This document shows positions 1 through 10,090 of a DNA stretch of 64,000 bases, piece by piece. The DNA lies in NCBI GenBank assembly GCA_047150005.1, contig AP038806.1, positions 3,360,001-3,424,000 of the forward strand, in the 5' to 3' direction. Source of the stretch: Nitrospira sp. (GTDB taxonomy: Bacteria; Nitrospirota; Nitrospiria; Nitrospirales; Nitrospiraceae). How positions within the stretch are numbered: the stretch's first letter is position 1; the number at the start of each line of letters is the position of its first letter. The notes under the pieces were generated by a model. It saw nothing but the letters and a program-made list of their open reading frames with translations, had not been told where the DNA came from and did not search any database. A program made the position numbers and the translations under genes.

Positions 1-512
1 GAGGACTGGGATTCTTGAGCGATTCTTTCCAGGCGTTCGTCCCTTTCGTGTTCGCCGAGGGAGCGATCGTCGCCGGAACGATGGCGGATTTCGTCATGTA
101 CGAGGGGGATACCCCACTTCAATACCAGTGGCACGTGATCGGATTCGTCGCCATTATGCTCATCCTGGTTGTGGGGCCTTTGTTGACATTCATGCGCCCG
201 TTGTACAAGGCCAAGGAAGAAGCCATGCTGCAATACGGAGCCCTGTCGTCGCGGCTGATCCACATTGTCGAGGGGAAGTGGGTTCGCGCGACTCCAATGC
301 GGGAGGATCTCGAATCGAGCATGCCCGACTTCCGCGCGGTCACCCACCTCGGCCAGTCGGTGACCGCGGTCCGCAACATGTCGATCCTTCCCCTGCAGAA
401 GGACGATGTGCTCAAGCTGATCGTGATGGCGTTGCTTCCTCTCCTGCCCGTAGCCGTGACCCAGATCCCGATGGGAGAGGTCTTCTCGCTGTTGGTGAAA
501 TTGGTGCTTTAA
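1..512 (+). CDS. C-terminal part of a conserved hypothetical multi-pass membrane protein (starts before the window)
   Basis: Frame is open from base 3 (GLGFLSDS...), has several hydrophobic segments, and stops at TAA 510-512. Confidence 0.7.
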   Translation, partial: GLGFLSDSFQAFVPFVFAEGAIVAGTMADFVMYEGDTPLQYQWHVIGFVAIMLILVVGPLLTFMRPLYKAKEEAMLQYGALSSRLIHIVEGKWVRATPMREDLESSMPDFRAVTHLGQSVTAVRNMSILPLQKDDVLKLIVMALLPLLPVAVTQIPMGEVFSLLVKLVL

Positions 513-530
513 GAGCGAGGCGAGAGTCCA

Positions 531-1316
531 ATGATGAAACATTCTGCGGGACATGGCGCCCTGGTGGTCCTTCTCCTCTGTCTCGCCGGCTGCCCCGGAT
601 CGGTGTATCTGTGGGAAGTAAGGACCGAGTCGACGAGGAAGCCTTCCGAGTTTTCCGTCGCGGTCTTGAAACGCGAACCGGTCGGCATATTCGAAGCGCT
701 CACTTCACCGGGACTGCATGGCAACGAGGTCGGCCTTGCCCTTTCTCTCAAGCGCGTGGTCGAGCGAGTGTCTCCCACCATGAATCTGGTGCCTCCCATT
801 GAAGTGGCCTCCCGCATCAACCGGCAGGGGTTGACGCCTGAGTATACCCGCATGAGGATGGACTACGAACAAAGCAATATTCTTGACCGTGACCCTCTCA
901 AGAAAATTGGGCAAGCGCTGGGGGTGCGCTATGTCCTCCAGCCTCGGTTGGCCGCCTTCACACAGACCTTGTACGATCGGTGGAAAGTGCCCGCTCTGGA
1001 GATCAACGTCATACGGATCCGATCCAGCATCATCAGACTGAGCTTGCAGATTTGGGACACCGAAACGGGTGATTTGGTCTGGGCTTCCACCGCTGAGGGA
1101 TCGTTTCAAGAAGAAGCGCTCTCGGAGGATCCCGTCTATTTGAGGGAAGCCGGCAGAATCACATGGGGCAGCATCGTCTCGGATTTCGCGCGCGACAGAA
1201 CGGCCTCCCGGTACTCTCCGACGAACAATCTCTTGGATTCGCTGGTCGGGCCGGATATCGAGGAAGAATCGCCCGCCAACGGGTCCGCCGCTTCCGCGCC
1301 CGCGACGAAACAATAG
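531..1316 (+). CDS. Lipoprotein, family A (paralog of 46512-47282 and 40573-41172)
   Basis: Lipobox LAGC. Shares RINxxGL, LGxRYxxQP, RLxLQxWDTETGxLxWAS and DPVY motifs with the paralogs. Confidence 0.8.
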   Translation: MMKHSAGHGALVVLLLCLAGCPGSVYLWEVRTESTRKPSEFSVAVLKREPVGIFEALTSPGLHGNEVGLALSLKRVVERVSPTMNLVPPIEVASRINRQGLTPEYTRMRMDYEQSNILDRDPLKKIGQALGVRYVLQPRLAAFTQTLYDRWKVPALEINVIRIRSSIIRLSLQIWDTETGDLVWASTAEGSFQEEALSEDPVYLREAGRITWGSIVSDFARDRTASRYSPTNNLLDSLVGPDIEEESPANGSAASAPATKQ

Positions 1317-1432
1317 GAACCGTCTCGGCCATGGTTCACGTTCATCCCGACCAACCTGATGCCCACTTTACTTTTGTGTCTTGTTCAATTAGGGTCTTGC
1401 CCGCCTGAAGATCGAAATGGGATGGAATCCGG

Positions 1433-2176
1433 ATGACTTACCAACAGGAGGTGCTTGCCATGATGACAGATTCACAGCGTGTCGGAGTGCGGTTCAGATC
1501 GATCGCGGTCGGTGCCGCGTTGTTCGGGATACTCTGCGCATATGGTGCGACCACGGCCGTGGCCGCCGACGCACCGGAGCAGCAAATGCTGGTGGACAAG
1601 GCACTGCTGACGGTGGAGTCCTTTGCGGCAGACGACGGAATGAAGGGAGCGCTGAAAGAGTTGGGGAAGGAGGCCAAGGCGCTGTTCATCGTGCCCCAAT
1701 TCATGCGTGGCGCCTTCATTTTCGGTGGGGCAGGGGGGAGCGGTCTGCTGTTGGTGAAGGATGAGAAGACCGGAAAGTTCGGCGATCCCGTCTTCTATAA
1801 CATCGGCTCCGCCAGCTTCGGACTGCAGATCGGCGCCGACGTCTCTGAAATGATTCTTGTGGTGAGGACTCAAAAGGGGCTGGAAGAATTCTACACGAAC
1901 GATTTCAAGTTGGGTGCGAACGCGGGAATTGCCGCCGGTCCCGTGGGCGCGGGAGTCTCGGCAAAGGGTATCGCCGCAGACATTGTGGCCTATGCGAAAA
2001 AGAAGGGTGTCTTTGGCGGACTCGCCGTGGACGGATCGGGCATCACGGTCTCGAACGATTCGAACAAGGCGTACTACGGGAGAGAAGTCCGTCCCACGGA
2101 CATTGTCGTGAAGAAGGAAGTCGGGAATCCCAAAGCGCTGAATCTACGGAATGCTGCCGACAAACTGGTGGATTAG
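1433..2176 (+). CDS. Secreted SYLF/Ysc84 lipid-binding domain protein
   Basis: Signal peptide; GAFIFGGAGGSG, GSASFGLQIGAD and AAGPVGAG motifs. The start may be a later Met. Confidence 0.85.
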   Translation: MTYQQEVLAMMTDSQRVGVRFRSIAVGAALFGILCAYGATTAVAADAPEQQMLVDKALLTVESFAADDGMKGALKELGKEAKALFIVPQFMRGAFIFGGAGGSGLLLVKDEKTGKFGDPVFYNIGSASFGLQIGADVSEMILVVRTQKGLEEFYTNDFKLGANAGIAAGPVGAGVSAKGIAADIVAYAKKKGVFGGLAVDGSGITVSNDSNKAYYGREVRPTDIVVKKEVGNPKALNLRNAADKLVD

Positions 2177-2459
2177 CGCAATCGAATGCGCCGAGGGGAA
2201 GTATGGACGGGTGCGGGCTCGCATTCCTCCCGGCGCTCGGCTGCGCCGGCTCTCTACAGCCGGCCGGTGCGAACATCCTCCACTCCGATACAATCGATGC
2301 AGGATCCCGGATTCATGGAGGAGGAAATCAGAGCGGCGTTCGGAGGTATCAACACCGATGGTGCGTTCCTAAGGACCTCGACTCAGCATGGGCGCCTCCT
2401 CCGCCACGGCTATTGAAGGAGATGCAAGAGAAGGTGGAACCCGTGCAGAACTAGTCGGC

Positions 2460-3461
2460 ATGATCCGGGACAGGCGATGCGATCGGTCCAAGACGGTTGC
2501 GGGGCTCGTGCTCCTCTCGGTTCTTCTCGCGAGCGGCGGTTATCCGGCAATGGGTGAAGTGGTGACCGCCGAATCCGCCGCAGAGACTGAGCCAGCCTCA
2601 ACCGAGTCGGAGGAGGAGATTGAGTCGGAGGCGACCCCGGAGCAGGAGGCGACTCCTCCGGGCGAGGCTCCGAAGCGAAAACGTCGCATCCTCAAGCGTC
2701 TCGGCCCGCAAGGATTGACGTCTGAACAGGAGGCGGAGGCCGAACGACTCCGGAAACTGGCCGCCAAGTACGGAACCGATCCCACCGCCATCGTCGGCCG
2801 GGTCCAGTTATCCAGTCAGTATCTCGATCTGCCCCAAAGTGCGAACGCCACCGCGACGGTGGCGCGCGTTGATCTCCCGTTTCGAGGGAACTACCTGCTC
2901 CGGTTCGACATGCCGTTTCTCAAGACGGTCGATCCCAACCGTCCTGGAGCGACCAATCTGCGAGGCCTGAGCGATCTCAACGTCACGGCAGGCTGGCGGG
3001 CGTACAATACGCCCGAATATGCCGTACTCGTCGGGGCGCTCACCACATTCCCTACCGCCGACGAAACAGGATTGGGTCTGGGCAAGTATACGGTCGGTCC
3101 GATCCTCGCCTCGGCCCGATTTGTTCCACAATGGGACTCGTTTTTGATCGGCTTAGTGCAATATCAGACCGCAGTCGGTGGAGACCCATCCCGAAGCGAT
3201 GTGTCGCTCTTTAGCACCGCCGTTCAGGTGAATTCGTTCTGGGCAAAGAAGTGGTGGACCGTCGTCAACGCCGTGTGGCAGGTCAATTTCGTGCAGAACG
3301 CAAAGAGCAGCATGACGATGGAATTTGAGGGCGGCAGGAATTTAGTCGGGACACTGGGTGCCTATGTGCGACCGGGCGTCGGAATCTGGGGGCGTGATTT
3401 GCCCGGATCCTATATCTGGAACATCGAGGTGGGAGTCCGATACATGTTCAAGACGTTCTAG
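2460..3461 (+). CDS. Putative outer-membrane beta-barrel protein
   Basis: Signal peptide, acidic linker, amphipathic strands, GLSDL and FPTA..LGLGKYTVGP motifs, terminal Phe. Start uncertain. Confidence 0.7.
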   Translation: MIRDRRCDRSKTVAGLVLLSVLLASGGYPAMGEVVTAESAAETEPASTESEEEIESEATPEQEATPPGEAPKRKRRILKRLGPQGLTSEQEAEAERLRKLAAKYGTDPTAIVGRVQLSSQYLDLPQSANATATVARVDLPFRGNYLLRFDMPFLKTVDPNRPGATNLRGLSDLNVTAGWRAYNTPEYAVLVGALTTFPTADETGLGLGKYTVGPILASARFVPQWDSFLIGLVQYQTAVGGDPSRSDVSLFSTAVQVNSFWAKKWWTVVNAVWQVNFVQNAKSSMTMEFEGGRNLVGTLGAYVRPGVGIWGRDLPGSYIWNIEVGVRYMFKTF

Positions 3462-3463
3462 TT

Positions 3464-4360
3464 TTATTTCAGGGCTTCCGCGCCGCCGACGATGTCCATG
3501 AGCTCCTTCGTAATCGCCGCCTGCCTGGTCTTGTTGTAATAGATCGTCAATTTCTTGATCAGCTCTCCGGCATTGCGTGTGGCGCCGTCCATGGCCGTCA
3601 TGCGGGCCCCTTGTTCGGCGGCCGACGATTCCAACAGAATGCGATAGGCCTGAACGTGAAAGTTTCGGTGCAGCAGCTGTTCAAGCAATTCGTCCTCGCT
3701 CGGCTCATACAGATAACCGCCCGGCAGCTGCTCGGTTCCCTGGTCGGCCTCCTTCACGGCAGAGATCTCGACGACCCAATCGAGCGGGAGCAGCCGCTCG
3801 ACGACGACCCGTTGCTGTATGGCCGACTTGAACTCATTGTAAATGGCGTAGACAGCGTCGATGCGATCCGCAGCGTAATTCTCAAGGGCTTGGAGCTCGT
3901 TGCCCAACAACATCCCATGCTCGAATGACAGTTTGTCGAAGACGTCCACGATTTCACGACGCACTGTCCAGCCGCGTCTTCGGAAAAAATCGCGTCCCTT
4001 CCGGCCGATGACGACGACCTGGACCGTGGCTCCAGCCGACTCGAATTCTTTCAATGCCGCCGCCGCCGCTCGCAGGATGTTTGCGTTGAAGGCGCCGCAC
4101 AACCCGCGGTCGCTCGTGACCACAGCCACCTCGATGCGATGACCTTCCCGCTTCTTGAGTAGCGGGTGCGCGTCCCGATTTACACGCCGGCTGAGGGCGC
4201 GAATCGCATCCCGCATCTTGAGCGCGTACGGCCTGGCGGCAAGAATGCGGTCCTGGGTGCGCTTGAGCTTCGCCGCCGCCACCATCTTCATGGCTTTGGT
4301 GATCTTCTGCGTCTTTTTGACGGAATCGATCTTTCGCCGGACTGATTGGAGACTCGGCAT
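3464..4360 (-). CDS. atpG: F1Fo ATP synthase gamma subunit (stand-alone)
   Basis: KITKAMKMVAAAK, TSDRGLCGAFN, RMTAMDGATRNA and RQAAITKELMDIVGGAEAL; full length, 298 aa. Confidence 0.97.
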   Translation of the reverse strand: MPSLQSVRRKIDSVKKTQKITKAMKMVAAAKLKRTQDRILAARPYALKMRDAIRALSRRVNRDAHPLLKKREGHRIEVAVVTSDRGLCGAFNANILRAAAAALKEFESAGATVQVVVIGRKGRDFFRRRGWTVRREIVDVFDKLSFEHGMLLGNELQALENYAADRIDAVYAIYNEFKSAIQQRVVVERLLPLDWVVEISAVKEADQGTEQLPGGYLYEPSEDELLEQLLHRNFHVQAYRILLESSAAEQGARMTAMDGATRNAGELIKKLTIYYNKTRQAAITKELMDIVGGAEALK

Positions 4361-4527
4361 CGTACGTCGCCTTGTTCTATGTCATGTGTTGCAACGCGCC
4401 TCGGAACGGCCAGAAGGCTATCACTTGGTGACGAAATGGGTCAAGCCCGCAACATCAGAGAACCTGCGAGGAACTTTTTGCCCCGACATGCAGGAGTGGC
4501 GAGGCGTTAGCGAGATGGAGTATTCGG

Positions 4528-5799
4528 TCATGAATGAGTCGCGCTTCGCAGTCGTTCATGCGTGGCCACTGAGTCAAATTGCTTCCGGAACGCTTCCGCG
4601 GTTGACCCGGTCACTTTAGCGAAGTGAGCGAGCCGATCGTGGTCGTCAAAATCCTGTGTCTCCAGGCGCGTCATGTAACGACGGGCAATACGATAGGGTT
4701 CGGCAGCGATATCCACCATGCGGACGCGGGTACGTTGCGTGGCCGGATCGAGAATCCTGTCGAAAGGCATCGGCGAAAACGTGCCGTTGATGATTGAGAT
4801 CATCGCACCTGTTCCCCCTGACATCAGGTATTCGGCGGCACAGCATCCTAGGTCGCGACAATATTCCATATCGAACGGGATGGGATCCGCGCAGCGCAGT
4901 TCAAATCCGACATCCTTCACCCTGATTTTAGGATTGAGACCATAGAGGGCCAATCGCCCGAGGACTTCCTTCTTCAATACGTGTCCCAAATCAAGATCCG
5001 CTAATTCTATATGGCCATGTTCGTCGCGGGAGACGGACGCCAACGCAGTCAGGTCTTGAGGATCCATGACCTCCGCGAGTCCCTCTGCCAGGACTGCGAC
5101 TCCATCCTCCCGCCCTTCAGTCAGCCGTTTGATAATCGAACCGGCCACAATATCCGCCATGATCCCCAATCTGACAGGCCGCTCGTGAAACTCTTCTGGA
5201 ATCAATGTCAGGGTAGCCCCGGCTGCTTTACCGATGCCTAAGGCAAGATGACCTGCCTTACGTCCCATCGCGACCACAAAAAACCAATGAGCGGCCGTCC
5301 ACGCATCCGCGAGGAGGTTCTGAACTGCATGCGTACCGACATGTCGGGCCGTTTGAAAACCAAAGGTCGGTGTTCCTTGCGGGAGATCGAGATCGTTATC
5401 GATGGTTTTGGGGACGTGCACGATTCGCAAACGCTTTTTTGCGGAACGTTCAAGTGTGAGAGCAGAAAAACAGGTATCGTCCCCACCAATGGTGATCAGT
5501 CCCGTCACGCCGAGTTGCAGAAGACTGTTTAGCGTTTCGCCCAGATGTGCCGAATTCTTCGTGGGGTTGGCCCGCGCGGTCTTGAGGATGGATCCCCCTT
5601 GAAAATGAAGCCGGTCAACGTGTTCGTAGGTCAGCGGCATGACTTTGCTGATATCACCCTGCATGATCCACTTGAAGCCTTGCTGAATACCTAATACTCG
5701 CTTCCCCTCAGCGAGGCATCGGATCGTTGCGGCCCCGATCACGGCATTGATGCCCGGAGCAGGTCCTCCGCCGACCAATATGGCGACTGTTTCGGTCAT
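4528..5799 (-). CDS. pfp: Pyrophosphate-dependent phosphofructokinase
   Basis: GGGPAPGIN, GGDDT (Asp typical of PPi-specific enzymes), PKTIDND and MGRKAGHLAL. Confidence 0.9.
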   Translation of the reverse strand: MTETVAILVGGGPAPGINAVIGAATIRCLAEGKRVLGIQQGFKWIMQGDISKVMPLTYEHVDRLHFQGGSILKTARANPTKNSAHLGETLNSLLQLGVTGLITIGGDDTCFSALTLERSAKKRLRIVHVPKTIDNDLDLPQGTPTFGFQTARHVGTHAVQNLLADAWTAAHWFFVVAMGRKAGHLALGIGKAAGATLTLIPEEFHERPVRLGIMADIVAGSIIKRLTEGREDGVAVLAEGLAEVMDPQDLTALASVSRDEHGHIELADLDLGHVLKKEVLGRLALYGLNPKIRVKDVGFELRCADPIPFDMEYCRDLGCCAAEYLMSGGTGAMISIINGTFSPMPFDRILDPATQRTRVRMVDIAAEPYRIARRYMTRLETQDFDDHDRLAHFAKVTGSTAEAFRKQFDSVATHERLRSATHS

Positions 5800-6229
5800 G
5801 GCGCATTCTCCTTCGTAAGCGGTCTATCGCATGTTCATCGCGTGCGACGATTATCTGCGTCGTATCCGATGCCGCAGTGGAACAGCGTAGCCTGTGTGTC
5901 GAATCGATCTAAGCCAGGCTCCCGCTGAATAGTTAATATCGGGAATTGACTCCCCGACACAAGCTGAATTTTGAGATTGACGCACGTTGAGAGTTGAGCG
6001 GTATGATTGAGACACATCGAGGCTTTTTGCGTTTCTGCATCCAAAAATGGTGAGACGATTGCTGTTTGGATCACGAAGCGAGATGGTCCTTGTCTTGCTC
6101 GATCCTGGTAGCCTGTTGCAAAGGCCGGCGCCGTTATGTAGGAGTAGCCCTACTGCTCGCGTCGCAGCGGCCAGATTGTTCGATCCGAGTTAGATGCTGT
6201 CTATCGCTGTATCCAGAATTGGAGAGATC

Positions 6230-8638
6230 ATGGGAAAATCATTGCCTGAGAAGGAACTCAAGTTGATAGACGCCTATTGGCGCGCGGCGAACTACTTATC
6301 GGTCGGCCAGATCTATCTCTACGACAATCCGCTTCTGAAGAGGCCGTTGAAGAAGGAGCACATCAAACCCCGGTTGCTCGGTCATTGGGGGACGACGCCG
6401 GGGTTGAACTTCATCTACGCCCACCTCAATCGGGTGATCGCCCAGCGAGACCTGAACATGATCTACATCATCGGTCCCGGTCATGGAGGGCCTGGCATCG
6501 TGGCAAACGCCTATCTGGAAGGGACCTATTCCGAGGTCTACCCGAACATTACCCAGGACGAAGAGGGGATGAAGCGGCTGTTCACCCAGTTTTCATTTCC
6601 GGGTGGTATTCCCAGTCACGTGGCGCCGGAAACGCCGGGCTCAATCCATGAAGGCGGGGAATTAGGCTATGCGATCTCGCATGCGTACGGGGCCGCCTAC
6701 GACAATCCCGACCTGATCGTGTCCTGCGTGGTCGGCGACGGTGAGGCGGAGACCGGACCCATGGCGACTTCCTGGCACTCCAATAAATTCCTGAATCCGG
6801 CGACTGACGGAGCCGTGCTGCCCATCCTGCATCTGAACGGGTACAAGATCGCCAATCCCTGTGTTCTGGCTCGCATCAGTCATGAGGAACTGGATCAATT
6901 GTTCAGAGGGTACGGATATATTCCCCACTTTGTCGAAGGGAATGATCCGGCCAAGATGCATCGGCTTATGGCATCCGCGCTTGATGGGTGCCTTGACGAA
7001 ATCCGCCGTATCCAGACCAAGGCAAGGAAGCATGGAGTCACGGACCGGCCGCGCTGGCCGATGATCGTCCTGCGCTCGCCGAAAGGCTGGACCTGTCCCA
7101 AGACCATCGACGGCAAGCGGACCGAAGATTATTGGCGCTCGCATCAGGTGCCGATGGGTGAAATGCATGAGAAGCCGGCTCATGTAAAACTTCTTGAACA
7201 TTGGATGAAGAGGTACAGGCCTGATGAACTGTTCGACAAGGCCGGACGGTTGAAGGCCGAGCTCACCGATCTGGCGCCGAAGGGCGAACGCCGCATGAGC
7301 GCCAATCCTCACGCCAACGGCGGGCTACTGCTCAAGGATCTGCGCCTGCCTGATTTCCGCGACTACGCCGTCAAGGTGACCAGGCCTGGAGCCGTAGTTG
7401 CCGAGTCCACCCGCCTGATGGGAACATTGTTGCGGGACGTCATGAAATTGAACATGGACAGCAGGAATTTCCGGCTGTTCAGTCCCGACGAAAACAATTC
7501 AAACCGTTGGCAGGATGCATTGGAGGTGACCAATCGCGCCTGGATGGCGGACCGCTATCCGTACGATGACCATCTGGCGCCCGATGGCCGGGTGATGGAA
7601 ATGCTCAGCGAACACCAATGCCAGGGCTGGCTGGAAGGGTACCTCTTGACCGGCCGACACGGGTTCTTCTCCTGTTATGAGGCCTTCATCCATATCATCG
7701 ACTCGATGTTCAATCAGCATGCAAAGTGGCTGAAGGTCTGCCAGGAGATTCCCTGGCGGCGGTCGATCGCCTCGCTCAACTATCTGCTCAGTTCCCATGT
7801 CTGGCGCCAGGACCACAATGGATTCAGCCACCAGGATCCCGGTTTCATCGACCACGTGGTGAACAAGAAGGCGCAGGTCGTGCGAGTCTATCTGCCGCCG
7901 GATGCAAATACACTCCTCTCGGTGACCAATCACTGTCTGCGCAGCCGGAATTATGTGAACGTGATCGTCGCGGGGAAACAACCGGCTCCACAATGGCTGA
8001 CGATGGATCAGGCCATCAACCACTGCGCTGCCGGCATCGGCATCTGGGATTGGGCCAGCAACGACAAGGGGAGCGAGCCCGACGTGGTGATGGCCTGTTG
8101 CGGAGACGTGCCGACGCTGGAGACATTGGCCGCCGTTGATCTCCTGCGACAACATCTTCCCGCCTTGAAGGTCCGGGTCGTCAACGTGGTCAACCTGATG
8201 AAACTGCAACCGCCGAGCGAGCACCCGCACGGGCTTCCGGACAAGGACTTCGACGCGCTGTTTACCAAGGACAAGCCGATCATCTTTGCCTTCCATGGCT
8301 ACCCCTGGTTGATCCACCGGCTCACCTATCGACGCACGAATCATCACAATCTGCATGTGCGGGGTTACAAGGAAGAAGGGACCACGAGCACGCCCTTCGA
8401 CATGGTGGTGATGAACGATCTCGATCGGTTTCATCTTTTCGGTGACGTGATCGACCGATTGCCGGAGCTTGGGGCCCGGGCGGCCTATGCAAAGCAGGCG
8501 ATTCGTGACAAGCTGATCGAGCACAAGGAATACATTGCCAAGCACGGCGAAGACATGCCTGAGATCACCGACTGGCAATGGGGTCAGGCGACCTCGCGGA
8601 AGAACCGTAGGAGTTCGACGGAAGGCGACAACAATTGA
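6230..8638 (+). CDS. xfp: Xylulose-5-P/fructose-6-P phosphoketolase
   Basis: [19 protein letters not shown] motif GDGEAETG and [21 protein letters not shown] precedes the ATG at 6230. Confidence 0.95.
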   Translation: MGKSLPEKELKLIDAYWRAANYLSVGQIYLYDNPLLKRPLKKEHIKPRLLGHWGTTPGLNFIYAHLNRVIAQRDLNMIYIIGPGHGGPGIVANAYLEGTYSEVYPNITQDEEGMKRLFTQFSFPGGIPSHVAPETPGSIHEGGELGYAISHAYGAAYDNPDLIVSCVVGDGEAETGPMATSWHSNKFLNPATDGAVLPILHLNGYKIANPCVLARISHEELDQLFRGYGYIPHFVEGNDPAKMHRLMASALDGCLDEIRRIQTKARKHGVTDRPRWPMIVLRSPKGWTCPKTIDGKRTEDYWRSHQVPMGEMHEKPAHVKLLEHWMKRYRPDELFDKAGRLKAELTDLAPKGERRMSANPHANGGLLLKDLRLPDFRDYAVKVTRPGAVVAESTRLMGTLLRDVMKLNMDSRNFRLFSPDENNSNRWQDALEVTNRAWMADRYPYDDHLAPDGRVMEMLSEHQCQGWLEGYLLTGRHGFFSCYEAFIHIIDSMFNQHAKWLKVCQEIPWRRSIASLNYLLSSHVWRQDHNGFSHQDPGFIDHVVNKKAQVVRVYLPPDANTLLSVTNHCLRSRNYVNVIVAGKQPAPQWLTMDQAINHCAAGIGIWDWASNDKGSEPDVVMACCGDVPTLETLAAVDLLRQHLPALKVRVVNVVNLMKLQPPSEHPHGLPDKDFDALFTKDKPIIFAFHGYPWLIHRLTYRRTNHHNLHVRGYKEEGTTSTPFDMVVMNDLDRFHLFGDVIDRLPELGARAAYAKQAIRDKLIEHKEYIAKHGEDMPEITDWQWGQATSRKNRRSSTEGDNN

Positions 8639-8727
8639 TGGGAGGAGATGATAGGAATTTTTACAAAATCCCGATAGGGGACGCTGACCGCCGAGCAGTG
8701 GTCCCTTCTGAAAGGAGCGTTTTCGCC

Positions 8728-9213
8728 ATGCCAGTTTTCCGACTATTTCTCCTGATCGCAGCTGTCGTCTTGGCCGCTCCGGCCTTCGCTCAGGACTCCA
8801 GGGCAACTTCTGCAGACCCCGACATGGAAATGTTGATCCAGAAAATCAAGGCGGATAAGAAGTTGTTAGTGGCGGCGAACATGGACCTCACCGAGGCCGA
8901 GGCCAAGCGGTTTTGGCCACTCTATGACGTCTACCAAAAGGAACTGGACAAGATAAATCAGCGGCTCAGTAAAACGATCAAGGAGTACGCGGCGGCCTTC
9001 GATGAAGGCCCAATACCGAACGACACTGCCACGAAATTGATTAACGAAGCACTGTCGGTCCAAGAAGCCGAACTCAAACTGAAGCGCGCGTATGCGGCCA
9101 AGGTCGGCAAGGTGCTCCCCGGAGCTAAAACGGCCCGCTTTGTCCAAATCGAAAATAAGATTCGGGCGGTCTTGAACGCTGAAATCGCGCGACAAATCCC
9201 GCTCGTCTACTGA
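8728..9213 (+). CDS. Secreted alpha-helical protein, family B (paralog of 30684-31160 and 46000-46503)
   Basis: Signal peptide; KADKKLLVAANMDLTEAEAKRFWPLY...QIPLVY. RBS AAAGGAG. Confidence 0.8.
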   Translation: MPVFRLFLLIAAVVLAAPAFAQDSRATSADPDMEMLIQKIKADKKLLVAANMDLTEAEAKRFWPLYDVYQKELDKINQRLSKTIKEYAAAFDEGPIPNDTATKLINEALSVQEAELKLKRAYAAKVGKVLPGAKTARFVQIENKIRAVLNAEIARQIPLVY

Positions 9214-9243
9214 GACGCCCGGCAGCTCCCTGAAGGAGAAGAC

Positions 9244-10047
9244 ATGAGTCGAAAAGAGAACGGCAAATCCAAGTGGAAACGCAAGGAATATGAGGTGGAG
9301 CTGCGCAAGCTTCAGGCCGAGCTCTGTCACCTGCAGGCCTGGGTCAAACACAAAGGACTGCGCGTCATTGTCGTGTTTGAAGGCCGTGACGGCGCAGGTA
9401 AAGGAGGAACGATCCGGGCGATCGCGGAGCGGGTCAGCCCTCGCGTGTTTCGGGTCGTCGCCCTGCCTGCTCCATCCGACCGGGAGAAGAGCCAGATGTA
9501 CATTCAGCGCTATGTTCAACACTTCCCGGCGGCGGGCGAAATCGTCATCTTCGATCGCAGCTGGTACAATCGCGCCGGGGTTGAATACGTCATGGGGTTC
9601 TGCAGCAAGGAACAGCACCGCCGGTTCCTCGATCTCTGTCCCATCGTGGAGCGGTATTTCGTGGACGGCGGGCTCATCTTGATCAAGTACTGGCTCGAAG
9701 TGAATAACGAGGAGCAGGAACGGCGTTTCGAGGCCCGCATCGAAGATCCCCTGCGCCAATGGAAGCTCAGTCCGGTTGATCTGCCGTCGCGTGAGAAGTG
9801 GTACGAGTACTCCCGCGCCCGCGACATGATGCTGGACAAAACAGACACGAAGCATGCACCCTGGCACATCGTGAGATCGGATGACAAGAAACGCGCTCGT
9901 CTCAACTGCATCGCGCACTTGCTGTCACTGATCCCCTACAAGAAGTTGCCGCAGGAGAAGGTCACGCTACCCAAACGATCGAAGAAGCATAAGTACGATG
10001 ATCAGGCGACGTTGAAAAGAAGACAATTCGTTCCGGAGAAGTATTGA
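9244..10047 (+). CDS. ppk2: Polyphosphate kinase 2
   Basis: Walker A EGRDGAGKGG, Walker B FDRSWYNRAG, WKLSPVD. Confidence 0.95.
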   Translation: MSRKENGKSKWKRKEYEVELRKLQAELCHLQAWVKHKGLRVIVVFEGRDGAGKGGTIRAIAERVSPRVFRVVALPAPSDREKSQMYIQRYVQHFPAAGEIVIFDRSWYNRAGVEYVMGFCSKEQHRRFLDLCPIVERYFVDGGLILIKYWLEVNNEEQERRFEARIEDPLRQWKLSPVDLPSREKWYEYSRARDMMLDKTDTKHAPWHIVRSDDKKRARLNCIAHLLSLIPYKKLPQEKVTLPKRSKKHKYDDQATLKRRQFVPEKY

Positions 10048-10090
10048 ACTCGTGCATAGGGGGGTTGCCATGAAACCGAGGGGGGAGGAC

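Noticed and set aside
2186..2454. Possible small lipoprotein (…ALGCAG…) between the SYLF and barrel genes
   Set aside because: No coherent start or signal peptide; may be a decayed gene, but it cannot be supported.
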